Shown here in pieces: positions 48,428 to 58,572 of a stretch of 64,000 bases of DNA. The position numbers were made by a program, and so were the translations under genes. Within the stretch, counting starts at the first letter, position 1, and every line of letters starts with the position of its first letter. Origin of the DNA: Candidatus Eiseniibacteriota bacterium (GTDB lineage: Bacteria > Eisenbacteria > RBG-16-71-46 > JABDJR01); the NCBI GenBank assembly GCA_963783375.1, contig CAWANH010000028.1, forward strand, positions 832,001-896,000, read 5' to 3'. The notes under the pieces are model-generated. The model had not been told where the DNA came from. It did no database searches and saw only the letters and a list, made by a program, of their open reading frames with translations.

Positions 48428-48534
48428 GCCGGTACTCCTTTCGAGGGGAGGAGAAGGCCGGGAAAGAAGCTCGGGTTCGGTGGTTCAGACCCCGAAGGCG
48501 ACCGCTCGGTTCCCGCGGGCGCTGGACAAAAAAT

Positions 48535-48672
48535 TGGCGGCACGGGACGAGGTCAGTGATCCGGCCCACGAACGCGGGAGTTTTTCCCCCAATGAGTCCC
48601 GCCGACCGGAGTCGGCGAAGGCCCAAAGACTCGCCGCGTCGTTGCCAAGCTCAAGGCTCGACCGTGCCGCCA
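48535..48672 (-). ncRNA. Candidate structured RNA or 5' leader (138-nt rod)
   Basis: 11-bp closing stem, nested helices, apical CGCCGAC-UCCG-GUCGGCG, followed by ATTTTTT on the minus strand. Confidence 0.5.
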
Positions 48673-48981
48673 TCGTCGTCTCTCTCGATGCGCACCGTCT
48701 CTCTGTCGCGCTACTAACAATTCCTATACGATTTTTTCCAGGTCTGCATCCACCGACTTCACTTTTTCAAAACATTTTTGGGTGAAACCCCGCTGGATCC
48801 CCAAAACCACCTCAGTCGTAATAGCTTATAGCAAACCATGAAGAGCCCCTGTTCCCTTCCCCGTTCTCCTCGATCGCCACGTCTGTAACCGACTATTTCA
48901 GTTTGTTTTCACTGAAACCAGGATTCCGGGGAGGTCCCGGCCGCGTGGCTCCCACTATGCCTCTCTTTTCCACGCAGGTCA

Positions 48982-48997
48982 AGCGATTTGTGTGCCA
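48982..48997 (-). promoter_or_regulatory. Possible sigma-54 promoter
   Basis: TGGCACACAAATCGCT (GG-N10-GC) on the minus strand; -12 element imperfect. Confidence 0.4.
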
Positions 48998-49213
48998 GCA
49001 CCCTCTTTGTTAGACGGCTCGAACGGCGCCTTTCCCGACTCCGGTCCGAGATAACCGGAACTCGTCCGGATTTCCCGACCGCTGAGCCCGTAGCTCTCAC
49101 TCGCACAACGAGTTTTGGGTTGCAGTTTGGCGGCGCGGAGCTACACTGGCTTCCGCGCTTGGATTGTCCCCCCGTCCGCCGGTCGCCGAAGTGAATGGCG
49201 CGCGAACCCAAAT

Positions 49214-50588
49214 ATGAACGACCCACCCGTCCTCCTGATCGCCCTCGCCGCCCTGGTCATCGGGGCTCTTCTCGCCTTCCCCATGACCTCCCTGCGGGCG
49301 CGCTCGCGCCCGAACGGTTCCGGCTGTCCACCGCCGAGAAGCGCTCGCCGGCGCCGAGGCCTCGGCGAGAGCGAGCACCGGCGCCGGGAGGAACTCGAAA
49401 CCGAGTTCCGCAGCACGGCCGAGGCCCGCGCCGAGTTGGACCGCCGCCTGGCCACCGCCCTCTCCCAACTGGAGAACGCAAAAACCCAGGTCATCGAACA
49501 GCAAAGATTCATCGAAAGCTCGCGCCGGGACCTCCAGAACGCCTTCAAGGCCCTGGCCGGGGCGGCCCTGGAGGGGAACACGAAGCAGTTCCTGGAGCTG
49601 GCCCAGCAGCGGTTCGAGAAGACCGAGGCCGCGGCACGGGCAGAGCTGGAGAAGCGGAAGCAGGCCATCGAGGAGCTGCTGGCGCCGCTCCGAGAGACCC
49701 TGGGGAAGCTGGGGACCCGGACCGGGGAGCTGGAGGTGAAGCGGGAGGGGGCGTACAAGAAGCTGCTGGAGCGGCTGCAGGGACTCTCGGAGCTGACGTC
49801 ATCGCTGCAGGAGAAGACCACGTCCCTGGCCACCGCGCTCCGCGGGTCCCAGGTGCGGGGGCGCTGGGGCGAGATCGCGCTCAGGAACGTGGCCGAGCTG
49901 GCCGGCATGACCGAGCACTGCGACTTCGAGGAACAGGAGACGCTGGAGGAGGGGCGGCCGGCCGGACATGACGGTGCGGCTCCCGGGGGGCGCTTCATCG
50001 CCGTGGACGCCAAGGCGCCCCTGGCCGCCTACCTGGAGGCGGTGGAAGCGGGGGCGGACGAGGCCGCGCGGGAGGCGGCGCTGGACCGCCACGTGAAGGC
50101 GCTCCGCTCGCACATCCGCCCGCTGGCCGCCCGGGAGTACCCGGGCGCCCTGGCCGGGGCGGTGGACTTGACGGTGCTGTTCCTTCCCGGGGACCCCTTC
50201 CTGGCCGCGGCCTTCGGCCGGGCTCCGGACCTCCAGGTGGAGGCGCTCCGGTCCAAGGTCCTGGTGGCCACCCCGACCACCCTGGTGGCGCTCCTGCGAA
50301 CGGTGGCCATCTACTGGCAGCAGCGGCCCTGGCCGAGAACGCCGAGACCATCGCCGCCGCCGCGCGCGACCTCTACGACCGGGCGGCGATCTTCGGGGAG
50401 CACCTGGGCAGGGTGGGAAGGGGCTGTCCACGGCGGTGGGCGCCTACAATGACGCGGTGGGCTCCTTCGAGCACCGGCTGATGCCGATGGCGGGGAAGCT
50501 GGAGGCGATGAAGGCCACCGACGGGGCCAAGCGCCGGATCGAGGGGGCGGCGGGGATGGTGGAGGAGGGACCGGTGAGGGAGCGGTGA
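49214..50588 (+). CDS. rmuC: DNA recombination protein RmuC (frameshifted)
   Basis: N-terminal TM, coiled coil, RGRWGE, VDAKAP, LFLPGD, ATPTTLVALL; C-terminus continues in other frames. Confidence 0.9.
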
Positions 50589-50836
50589 GAAAGCGGCGGG
50601 GACATCTGTCACGAGATCGAGGCGCTGAGGTATGACCCGCCCTTCAATCGAGGCCGACAGCCCGAGACCGCGCTGATCCTAGACTTTCAAACAAGAGAGG
50701 AGGCCGGGTCGCGAGGCCTGCCGGCGAGGGCCCTCGGCGCCGAAGTCATCGGCCTCGAACACCCGGTGAATCCGATACTGGACTTCCCCCTGGTACGCGG
50801 GCGCCCGAAGAAATCCCTGCGCCGGCCCCTTTTTCC

Positions 50837-50865
50837 TTGACGAATACCAGTCATACGGTTAGTAT
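50837..50865 (+). promoter_or_regulatory. Sigma-70 promoter upstream of HNH gene
   Basis: TTGACG-N17-TAGTAT. Confidence 0.6.
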
Positions 50866-50907
50866 GTCCGACGTGGACCGGCTCCCCCCGGCGCGAAGGA
50901 TGGGATC

Positions 50908-53292
50908 ATGGAACTGGCTGGTGTGGTTGACATTGCATCTCCGGAGAGCCTCCCGGAACCCCGGTTCGGGGATCGGCTGGACGGCCTGTTCGGACCGGAG
51001 GCGGCTTACCCGGCCCGGGTTCTCCGGAGGGAGCGGGAAGAGCAGCGCCGCCGGGCTCGCGAACGAGTCCGGGAACCAGGCTCCAGCGGGAAGGGACCGG
51101 GCGCGCACCCGTGTCAAGTGCCGGCAGCTCGCCTGGCGCCTGCTCCACGCCGTCCGCGAGGCCCAGGCGGTCAGCCGCCGGCTGGAGGTTGCCCAGGGCG
51201 CGGCGCTCGGTGGGCTGCGCTCGGGCGACCGGTACCGGGATCTCGGCCATGTCCGGTTCGCCGATTCTGCCGGGAAGCGCTTCAGCTTCATCCCCGACCG
51301 CCCGTCGCCGGGTTGCAGTGCAGGACATCCTGGACCGGGTTCCCGCGGCGAGGCCCGCGTATCTCGAAGGGCGCGTAGATGCCAGCAAACTCCTGGCCCT
51401 CCGGCCGGTTCTCAACCCCGAGAACGCCCCGGTCTGGCTTGCCCTCGGCACGAAGCTCACCGTGCGCCGACTCGCGGCACGGACGGCGGAGACCGGCTCC
51501 GCTCCCGCCACGGCCCCCGACGATCTTGATGAGCCCAACCGAGGGAGGATTGCTTTTCCCGCGCCCCAGGCCGTCGGGTTCGCCTTCGAACATGCTCTCG
51601 AAACCGCCCAGCGGGTGCTCGGCTGGGATGCTCCACGCGACGAGTGCCTGGAGGCGATGCTGATGGAGTCGGATTCGTCGCTTCCCTGGCTCGCGGCGCC
51701 CCCGGAGGAGTCCGAGGCGGATCCGGCCGCCGCCGCCGCCCCGCACGATCGGAAACGGAAGGGCTCGGAGCGGGAGGTGACGGTCGGCGGCCTGGGCCCA
51801 GGCCGGGCGGCTCCCCTGGGCGGATCGCGTGGCCGGTCACGCCTCCCGGGCGCGACGTTCCCGTGCGCCGGGGGAGCCTCCCCCCGGCGGCCCGGGCGGA
51901 GCGCGACCCTGGTCGCCCTCCTATCACCGATGGGATTACAAGCGGGCCAAGAACACGTTGAGGGCCCTGGAGCGCAGGCTTCGACGCATCCATCGGCTGA
52001 CCCGGGAGACCGGCCCGTGCGCGGGGAGCGCCGTGCCCGCAGCGGACCCGGAGGGTGGACGGTTCCCGGTGCCGGCGCGGGCGCTTCTCGATCGGTACCG
52101 GGCTCTCGAAGGCGAGGTTCGGCCGCTCTTCGCGCTCCAGGCCCGCGCGCTGGTGCATCTCGATACCCTGGATGCCCCGGCCCTCGTCGGTCTCCCGCAC
52201 CTGGGGGAACTGGGCGCGCGTCTCCTCGGGCTCTCGGAGCGCGCCACCTGGGATCGGTTTCACGCTGGCTTCGCCTTCCAGTACGGCCGACTCCTCGCCG
52301 ATCGGTACGTCCGCGGCGAGGTCGGGCTGGGCCACGTGCTGCCCCTGGCGGGACGAGGGGACCTGGACACCGGGCCATGATCGAACGGGCCCGCTCGGTC
52401 ACCTATCGCCAGTTCCGGCGGGAGACTGCGCTTCCTTGGGCGGCTGAGCCTCGTCGGGTTCCGATGGACGTCCTTCTCCCGGGGTGATCACCGACCCCGC
52501 GGTCGAAGGCCGGCTCCAAAGGCGGCTCGCCCGGGCCGGTTGGTCGACCACAGACATTGAGCGCCGCCTGGACGAGCGGGGGCTCGGTCTCGCCCTCGGG
52601 GTCTTCCCTGGACCCGGCCGAGAACCCCCTCCGGATGGCGCGGCTGGAAGCACTCCTGGACCTCGCGATCCTGGCCACCTGCCGGGAGCCTGACGAGGCC
52701 GAGGAGCTGCTTCGCGGCCGGAAAACGTTGTCCGCCCCCGGCCGCCACCACCGCGTGGTGGTCTGGGCCCGTCCCGGGATTCGTGCCCGCTGGGAGCGGG
52801 CGTGCCGGGCGGTTCGACGGCGGGACGGACGGCTGCCCGACTGGGCGGCGGCCGTGGTGGTGTCCTGGGAGGCGCTGGATCAGTGGACGCACCTGGATCC
52901 CGGCCGCCTCCCCACCGAACGACGGACCCTGGAGCGTGACGGCTGGAGGTGCCGGGTTCCGGGCTGCGGGGCGCGCCGAAACCTCGAGGTCCACCACATC
53001 GTATTCCGCTCCCGTGGCGGTTCGAACGCGTCCTGGAACCTCGTCACGCTCTGCCACGCCCATCATCATCACGCGCTTCACCGAGGCACCCTCCGCGTGA
53101 CCGGCCGGGCGCCCTGCGCGCTTGACCTGGGAGATCGGCTGTTCCCCGGATGCCGCGCCGCTCTGGACCTACCGTGGCGAACGGCTCGTGCGCCGTCCGG
53201 TCAGGGGCGGATCGCGCATGCCGCCCGGGCGAACTCATCCCCGCGCTCCGTCTCCCCCCCGCCGGGCTCGCCCACCGGGCCGCGCGATGTAG
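50908..53292 (+). pseudogene. Large HNH endonuclease-domain protein (DUF222-like architecture), multiply frameshifted
   Basis: ERDGWRCRVPGC...LEVHHIVFRSRGGSN...NLVTLCHAHH; upstream coding-like segments in several frames; boundaries approximate. Confidence 0.7.
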
Positions 53293-53307
53293 GCTTCTGT
53301 CACTCCG

Positions 53308-54217
53308 GTGACCCGAAATCCGAGTCCGAGGCTCGGCCCGCAATCCCGGACCGAATCCCGAGTCCGAAACCTGATCCGAATCCGAATCCCGCGAGACCCG
53401 AACCCAACCGAGAGGAGTCCCCATACCGGTGCGCGCTTCGATCCCCCACTTTCCGGTCCTGCCGCTTTCGTCTCCGTGCTTCTGGCCGCCCTGCTGTTGG
53501 GCGCCATGCCCCGTGCCGCCCAGGCCCAGATCCTGAACACCCTCCGGGGGTTCAAGGAGAACGAGCCGGGGTGGAGCGGGATCATGGACGCTTCCTTCAG
53601 CGCCACCGGCGGAAACACCGAGGTTCTCTCCCTCGCCGGGAGCGGCCAGGTTCAGTACCGGGTCGCCCGGGAACGGTTCCGACTTCATCGCCAGCGGCGC
53701 CCGGAAGACATCCCGCGGCGCGGCCATCGAGGAGCAGAGCGCGGCTCACCTGCGCCACAACCACCGGGTGAGTTCCTGGTTGAGCTCGGTGGCCTTCGTC
53801 CAGCACCAACGAAACCCGTTCCAGCGGCTCGAGACCCGGTTTCTCTTCGGGCTCGGCGCCCGGTTCGACGTGATCCGGGAAACGTCCTGGCGGCTGTCTC
53901 TCGGCGCCACCCCCATGCTCGAGCTCGAGAAGATCAAGAATCAGTCCGGGACCGACGCCGACTCCCGCATCTCCACCTTCGCGGTGATCGACGGCCGGCT
54001 GAACGACCTGGTGACCCTTCAGCTGACCGGCTTCGTCCAGCCCCGCATCTCCGACTTCGGCGATCTGCGAGCCATGACCACCGGCGGGGTCCGGGTGAAG
54101 CTCGGAGGGGCGCTCTCGCTCACCGTGGCCTCGGACGTGGAGATCGACACCCGGCCGCCGGCCCGGGTGAAGAAGACCGACTGGGAAGTGACCACCGGAC
54201 TGGGGATTTCGCTCTAG
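53308..54217 (+). CDS. DUF481-like outer-membrane beta-barrel (frameshifted, start uncertain)
   Basis: Signal peptide then QILNTL...FSATGGNT...; continues HLRHN...FVQPRISDFGD...TTGLGISL in another frame. Confidence 0.7.
53312..53412. repeat. Degenerate hexamer tandem repeats (TCCGAR/CCCGAR)
   Basis: ...ATCCGAGTCCGAG...CCCGAGTCCGAAACCTGATCCGAATCCGAATCCCG... Confidence 0.55.
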
Positions 54218-54314
54218 CCCGCCCTGGCGGTCAGGTGCCCGTCGCCGCAGCGGCTTCATGAATAGGTGGGGCCGGCCCCGGTGTCGCCCGCCCCCCGGCG
54301 GACTCCGCCCCCCC

Positions 54315-54348
54315 AAAAAAAGCGGCGGACGCCGATGTGGCGTCCGCC
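54315..54348 (-). terminator. Intrinsic terminator of DUF4382 gene
   Basis: GGCGGACGCC/GGCGTCCGCC stem followed by GC-T7 on the minus strand. Confidence 0.8.
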
Positions 54349-54409
54349 TCGGGGAAAACGGGGGATGTCCGTTTGACCCCGTCAACTCCAGTGTCGTCTC
54401 GATCGGGGG

Positions 54410-55282
54410 CTAACCCTTGTGGCCGTTGCCCCCTCCATTGCCCCCGCCGTTCCCGTGCTGGGCCCCGTTGTTCCCGCCGTCGTCATGCCCGAATTGGGAG
54501 TCATGGTCGTGGTCGTGGGAACCCCACGCCCCGTGGAGCACCGGCTTGATCTTGAAGTTCCCGCTTCCGGGAGGCGCCTCCACCACCGACTTGTCCAGAT
54601 CGAACACGATCACGATGTCGGTCACCTGACCGTCGGACACGGTGAAGGGGAAGATGACCTTGAGCATGTCGTTGTTTCCGGGAACGTCCGCCCTGATCGA
54701 GTCTCCGGCCTGGGTGACCACCCACCCGTCGGCCACATGGAGGGCCAGGTGGCTGTAATCGCCCTGGGGAAGCTCGAGGGTCCCCAGGAACTCGGAGAGC
54801 GTGGTGTCGAGGCCGGCCAGGTTGACCGTGACCGGGTCGGTGAGGACCTCGACGGCGCCGCAGTCGGCGTGGGTGCTGTCGTCCCCGCCCCCGGTCGAGT
54901 CATGGTCGTCGTGGAGAAAGCTCAACCCGTTCCACCGTTTGGCGGCGGACGTGGAGTCCTCCTCCTCACCGGTGGTGTCGTCGTCCGCGCTGTCCTCGCA
55001 AGCCGGGTAGACCCGGATGGAATCGAAGGTGATCCAGACCGCCGAGATGGGGGTGCGGTCGGAACCGAGTGGGTGGACGCCCATCGTGGCCGCGGCGTTC
55101 ACCGAGCCCACCGTGTTCAGGGAAACCGCGAGAAGTCCCATCCCCGAACCGGCGGGGGGAGGGGAGAACACGTTCCCCGGAGCGGCGGGGTTCGAACTCG
55201 AGCCGCAGCCGACCAGGCCGGCCCCGACCGCGAGAGTTAATGCGCTGGCAATCAATAGCTTACCAAGAAATCCCGATTTCAC
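54410..55282 (-). CDS. DUF4382-like lipoprotein
   Basis: AAGGAGG SD, GTG start, lipobox LVGC, AVWITFDSI, LPQGDY, FDLDKSV...IKPVL; acidic/His-rich inserts and Gly-Asn tail. Confidence 0.8.
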   Translation of the reverse strand: MKSGFLGKLLIASALTLAVGAGLVGCGSSSNPAAPGNVFSPPPAGSGMGLLAVSLNTVGSVNAAATMGVHPLGSDRTPISAVWITFDSIRVYPACEDSADDDTTGEEEDSTSAAKRWNGLSFLHDDHDSTGGGDDSTHADCGAVEVLTDPVTVNLAGLDTTLSEFLGTLELPQGDYSHLALHVADGWVVTQAGDSIRADVPGNNDMLKVIFPFTVSDGQVTDIVIVFDLDKSVVEAPPGSGNFKIKPVLHGAWGSHDHDHDSQFGHDDGGNNGAQHGNGGGNGGGNGHKG

Positions 55283-55378
55283 GAATGCACCCTCCTTGTA
55301 TCCAGGGGCGTGCAAAGCCAACCGATCCGCATCGCGTTCGTCAGCTTCGATATGGGGACGGCCCGGACGGTCTCAGGC

Positions 55379-55407
55379 TTGGACGGTATCGTCACCCAGA
55401 GGTTACA
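55379..55407 (-). promoter_or_regulatory. ECF sigma promoter candidate (DUF4382 gene)
   Basis: TGTAACC-N14-CCGTCCAA. Confidence 0.8.
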
Positions 55408-55581
55408 CCACAACCTGCCCCGGCGTTCCAAGTCCTTGAAAATGGTACAATTCACCCATCGGTGGAACCCTCCCCGAACCTCCGCGGTTCCAGTTCAGGG
55501 AACCGCGACCGGCGGGACCGCCCGTCCGGCCGACCTATGTCCCCGGGGATTTCCGCTTTAGCCCCGCCCGCGCGTCGCACC

Positions 55582-55610
55582 TGTAACCACGGGATCATCG
55601 AGCCGTCAAA
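55582..55610 (+). promoter_or_regulatory. ECF sigma promoter candidate (autoregulatory)
   Basis: TGTAACC-N14-CCGTCAAA. Confidence 0.8.
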
Positions 55611-55695
55611 GAAGACGAAGACAGACGGCTCTGGACCAGATCGTCCCCCCGGTCTAAGCGAGCGAGCATCGTTCGAACCGCGATCCGGGGGGGAC

Positions 55696-56340
55696 GTGAG
55701 CGAGCAAGGCCGTCCATTGACGGAGCATGATCAGGGGCGACGGAAGCCGAGAGGCATCGCCCCGCTTGAGATCGATGAAGAGCGAGATCTGCTGGAGCGG
55801 ACCCGGCGGGGCGACACGGCTGCCTACACCCGCCTGGTTCGCCTGCATCAGGATCTCATCTTCGGCCTGGTCTCCCGGATGGTGCGGGACGCGCATCTCG
55901 CGGAGGAAGTGACCCAGGACGCCTTTCTCAAGGCCTACCGGGCGCTCGACACCTTCCGCGGGGATGCCCGGTTCGCCACGTGGCTCTACCGGATTGCGGT
56001 GAACCTGTGCCGGGACCATAGCGGGAACCCGACTTCGAGGCTCCGCCGGATGGAGACCAGCCTGGAGGGGGCCGGGGCGATGGGAGTGGACCCTCCCGCC
56101 CCGCACCCCCGGCCCGACGAGGCTCTGGAGGCCGGGCAGGTGGCCGATGGGTTCCAGGCCGAGCTGGACGCTCTCGACCCGATCTATCGCGAGGCTTTCC
56201 TGCTCCGGCATCAGGAAGGCCTGGGTTACGAGGAAATCGCCGGGATCCTCGAGATCTCGGTGAGCAACGCCAAGGTGCGGGTGCATAGGGCCCGGGAGTC
56301 CATTCTGGGCGCGCTCCGGCGCCGAGGTTTCGAGGTCTAG
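55696..56340 (+). CDS. ECF RNA polymerase sigma factor
   Basis: AEEVTQDAFLKAY...FATWLYRIAVN (region 2); LGYEEIA...AKVRVHRAR (region 4). Confidence 0.94.
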   Translation: MSEQGRPLTEHDQGRRKPRGIAPLEIDEERDLLERTRRGDTAAYTRLVRLHQDLIFGLVSRMVRDAHLAEEVTQDAFLKAYRALDTFRGDARFATWLYRIAVNLCRDHSGNPTSRLRRMETSLEGAGAMGVDPPAPHPRPDEALEAGQVADGFQAELDALDPIYREAFLLRHQEGLGYEEIAGILEISVSNAKVRVHRARESILGALRRRGFEV

Positions 56341-56372
56341 GCCCCCTCGGGGGGCGGGACATCGCAGACATC

Positions 56373-57122
56373 ATGAACGACGAATTCGAAAGCGACCGGG
56401 TGAATCCCCGGTTTCATGAGTACCTGGATGGGGAGCCGCCTCCGTCGAACCCTGCTGCCTTCGAGGGGGACCTGCGGACCGGGAAGCTCCTGCGGAACCA
56501 GTTGAACACCATGTGCCGCATCGAGGCCTGGTTCCGGTCTACCCGCTCGCGGGCCCCATCCTCTCTGGCCCGGGCCGTGGAACGCGCCTTGGAGGTCGAG
56601 CGCGCCGTCCCGGCCCGGGCCAGATCCTCTTCCCGGCTCCGGTTGCTTCCATCGCTTCCGGGCCAGGGGTGGCTCCGGTGGGCCTGGGTGCCCGCCGCCG
56701 TTGCCGCCCTGATCGTGGTGCTGGTTGCCATCCCCCAGGATCGCGCAAAGAACCGCTCCGGCGACACCCGGTCGCCGGAGCGCGCGATCTTCTCCCAGCC
56801 CACCTCCGGCGGCGATCTGGCCGCCGGCCTGGACGGGAACGAAAAGCCTCCGAACGCCTCCTCCGGTGCGGTATCCTATAGGTTCGTCATACGGGCTCAG
56901 GATGCCTCTCAAGTCTGCCTTGCCGGGGACTTCAACCAATGGAGGGTGTGTGAGGCGCCGATGCGGCGCGTCGGGGAGGACCTCTGGTCTCTGTCCGTGA
57001 ATCTCCAGCCGGGTCGCTACGAGTACATGTTCGTGGTGGACGGCCGATGGGTGACCGATCCCAACGCCATCGCCCACGCCGACGATGGTTTCGGGAATCG
57101 GAACGCCGTGCTGCTCCTCTAG
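56373..57122 (+). CDS. Putative anti-sigma factor with TM helix and C-terminal CBM48-like (AMPK/isoamylase early-set) domain
   Basis: EYLDGE N-terminus, TM, VCLAGDFNQW...LQPGRYEYMFVVDGRWVTDP...DDGFGNRNAVL. Confidence 0.88.
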   Translation: MNDEFESDRVNPRFHEYLDGEPPPSNPAAFEGDLRTGKLLRNQLNTMCRIEAWFRSTRSRAPSSLARAVERALEVERAVPARARSSSRLRLLPSLPGQGWLRWAWVPAAVAALIVVLVAIPQDRAKNRSGDTRSPERAIFSQPTSGGDLAAGLDGNEKPPNASSGAVSYRFVIRAQDASQVCLAGDFNQWRVCEAPMRRVGEDLWSLSVNLQPGRYEYMFVVDGRWVTDPNAIAHADDGFGNRNAVLLL

Positions 57123-58471
57123 TCCCCGCCGGGCTCGTTTTCCTCGCCCTGGCCGTTTCGGGACTCCTGTCCGCCGGTCCCGCCGCCGCCGCTCCCGAAA
57201 CCCGCCTGAGCCTCGACCTTGCCGCCGGCCACGACGACCAGGTCCTGGCCAGCCAGGACCTCGGCGTGATCTCGCCGGTATCCGAGGGCTACTTCACCGG
57301 GACGAGCCGGCTGTTCCTTCGATGGGCCTCCGCCCGAAGCTCCCGGCGCCTGGATCTGACCGCCCGGGCCTCGGGAACGAGCTACGGCTCCAAGGTGAGC
57401 GGCAACGACTCGGATCTTCGTCTGGCCGCCCGTTATCGGCAGGGCCTGGGTTCGAGACTGGCGCTGGACACCGCCGTCGCCGGTTGGCGATATCGCCGTG
57501 AAGAGTCGGCCGTCTTCGATCTCGATCTCCTTCGAGGAGAGACCCGGTTGGGATGGACCCCCGGGCCGGGCTGGCTCGTCAGCCTAGGCGCCCGCTACAA
57601 CCACAGCGCGTATCCGCACCGATATCTTCCCGCCGACTCAACCCGGCATGAGGTGCAGCGGCCCTTCGACGTCGTTTTCGGGGTGGTGCGCGGCGTCGGC
57701 CGGACCGGGTACCTGAGCGCGGAGGCGAGCTACCGGTCCGCCTCCTCCAATGCCCCCCGCTCCCGCTACCTGGGGCCGATCTTCGTCCTCCGGTCGGGGA
57801 CGCAGATCTTCCTGCGGATCTCCCTTTCCGGCTACGTCGTTTACGGGAACCGGGACTACCGGGATTCGGGGGTGCTCCTCGCGGTCGGCGGTACGGCCGG
57901 GGACTCCGTGGGCACCCGTCGGGACGAGGCCTGGCAATTCGGCCTGGCCATGGAACGGCCGGTGGCGAATCGGGTGCGGCTTTTCCTGGATGGGAACTAC
58001 CTGATCCAGGACTCCAACGCCTCGTTCGCCGACTTCAACCAGGCCCAGGTCTCGATCGGGATCTCGGTGGATCTGGTGACGATCGGGAGAGCCAGGGACA
58101 GGGAGCTGCCGGAATCGGTCAGCTCACCCACCGCTCCGCTCATCTCCGGAGACCGGGCCCGTTTCCGGGTCCTCGCTCCCGGAGCGCAATCGGTCTCGGT
58201 GGTGGGGGGGTTCAACGGGTGGGATCCCGAGCGGAACCCGCTTTCGGGCCCGGACCGGGACGGGCTATGGGAGACGTCCCTGACCCTCCACCCGGGGATC
58301 TGGCGGTACGCCTTCGTGATTGACGGCGTCTGGACGGTCCCGCCGGATGCCCCTCGCTACGAGGCCGATGGCTTCGGAGGCCAAAACGGGGTGATCGACG
58401 TCACCGGGGGCGGGTCCGACGCGCCTGTAACCGGGGACGACTCCACCCGTCCAAGGCAGCAAAGACGGTGA
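57047..58471 (+). CDS. Outer-membrane beta-barrel fused to C-terminal CBM48-like domain
   Basis: Signal-like segment, about 300 aa of amphipathic strands, then VSVVGGFNGW...YAFVIDG...DGFGGQNGV; start uncertain. Confidence 0.8.
   Translation: MGDRSQRHRPRRRWFRESERRAAPLVPAGLVFLALAVSGLLSAGPAAAAPETRLSLDLAAGHDDQVLASQDLGVISPVSEGYFTGTSRLFLRWASARSSRRLDLTARASGTSYGSKVSGNDSDLRLAARYRQGLGSRLALDTAVAGWRYRREESAVFDLDLLRGETRLGWTPGPGWLVSLGARYNHSAYPHRYLPADSTRHEVQRPFDVVFGVVRGVGRTGYLSAEASYRSASSNAPRSRYLGPIFVLRSGTQIFLRISLSGYVVYGNRDYRDSGVLLAVGGTAGDSVGTRRDEAWQFGLAMERPVANRVRLFLDGNYLIQDSNASFADFNQAQVSIGISVDLVTIGRARDRELPESVSSPTAPLISGDRARFRVLAPGAQSVSVVGGFNGWDPERNPLSGPDRDGLWETSLTLHPGIWRYAFVIDGVWTVPPDAPRYEADGFGGQNGVIDVTGGGSDAPVTGDDSTRPRQQRR
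58426..58454 (+). promoter_or_regulatory. ECF sigma promoter candidate (internal, for 58573 gene)
   Basis: TGTAACC-N14-CCGTCCAA. Confidence 0.75.
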
Positions 58472-58572
58472 CATGAAAGGAGTTGGCCGAACCCGGCGCA
58501 GTGCGCTAACCTTTAGCTGCCGTTGGTGTTGGCGCCGCCGGGCTATGTGCTGGCTCTGAAGGGAATACCGCC

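Noticed and set aside
48440-48672. attC site, SRP RNA or c-di-AMP riboswitch identity for the structured region
   Set aside because: Lacks RYYYAAC/GTTRRRY ends and the SRP GGAA-loop motif; only fragmentary resemblance to ydaO-type motifs
48884-48915. Fourth TGTAACC as ECF promoter
   Set aside because: No CCGTC at the required spacing
49090-49145. GTAGCTC/GAGCTAC stem as tRNA-like element
   Set aside because: No cloverleaf, T-loop or CCA end
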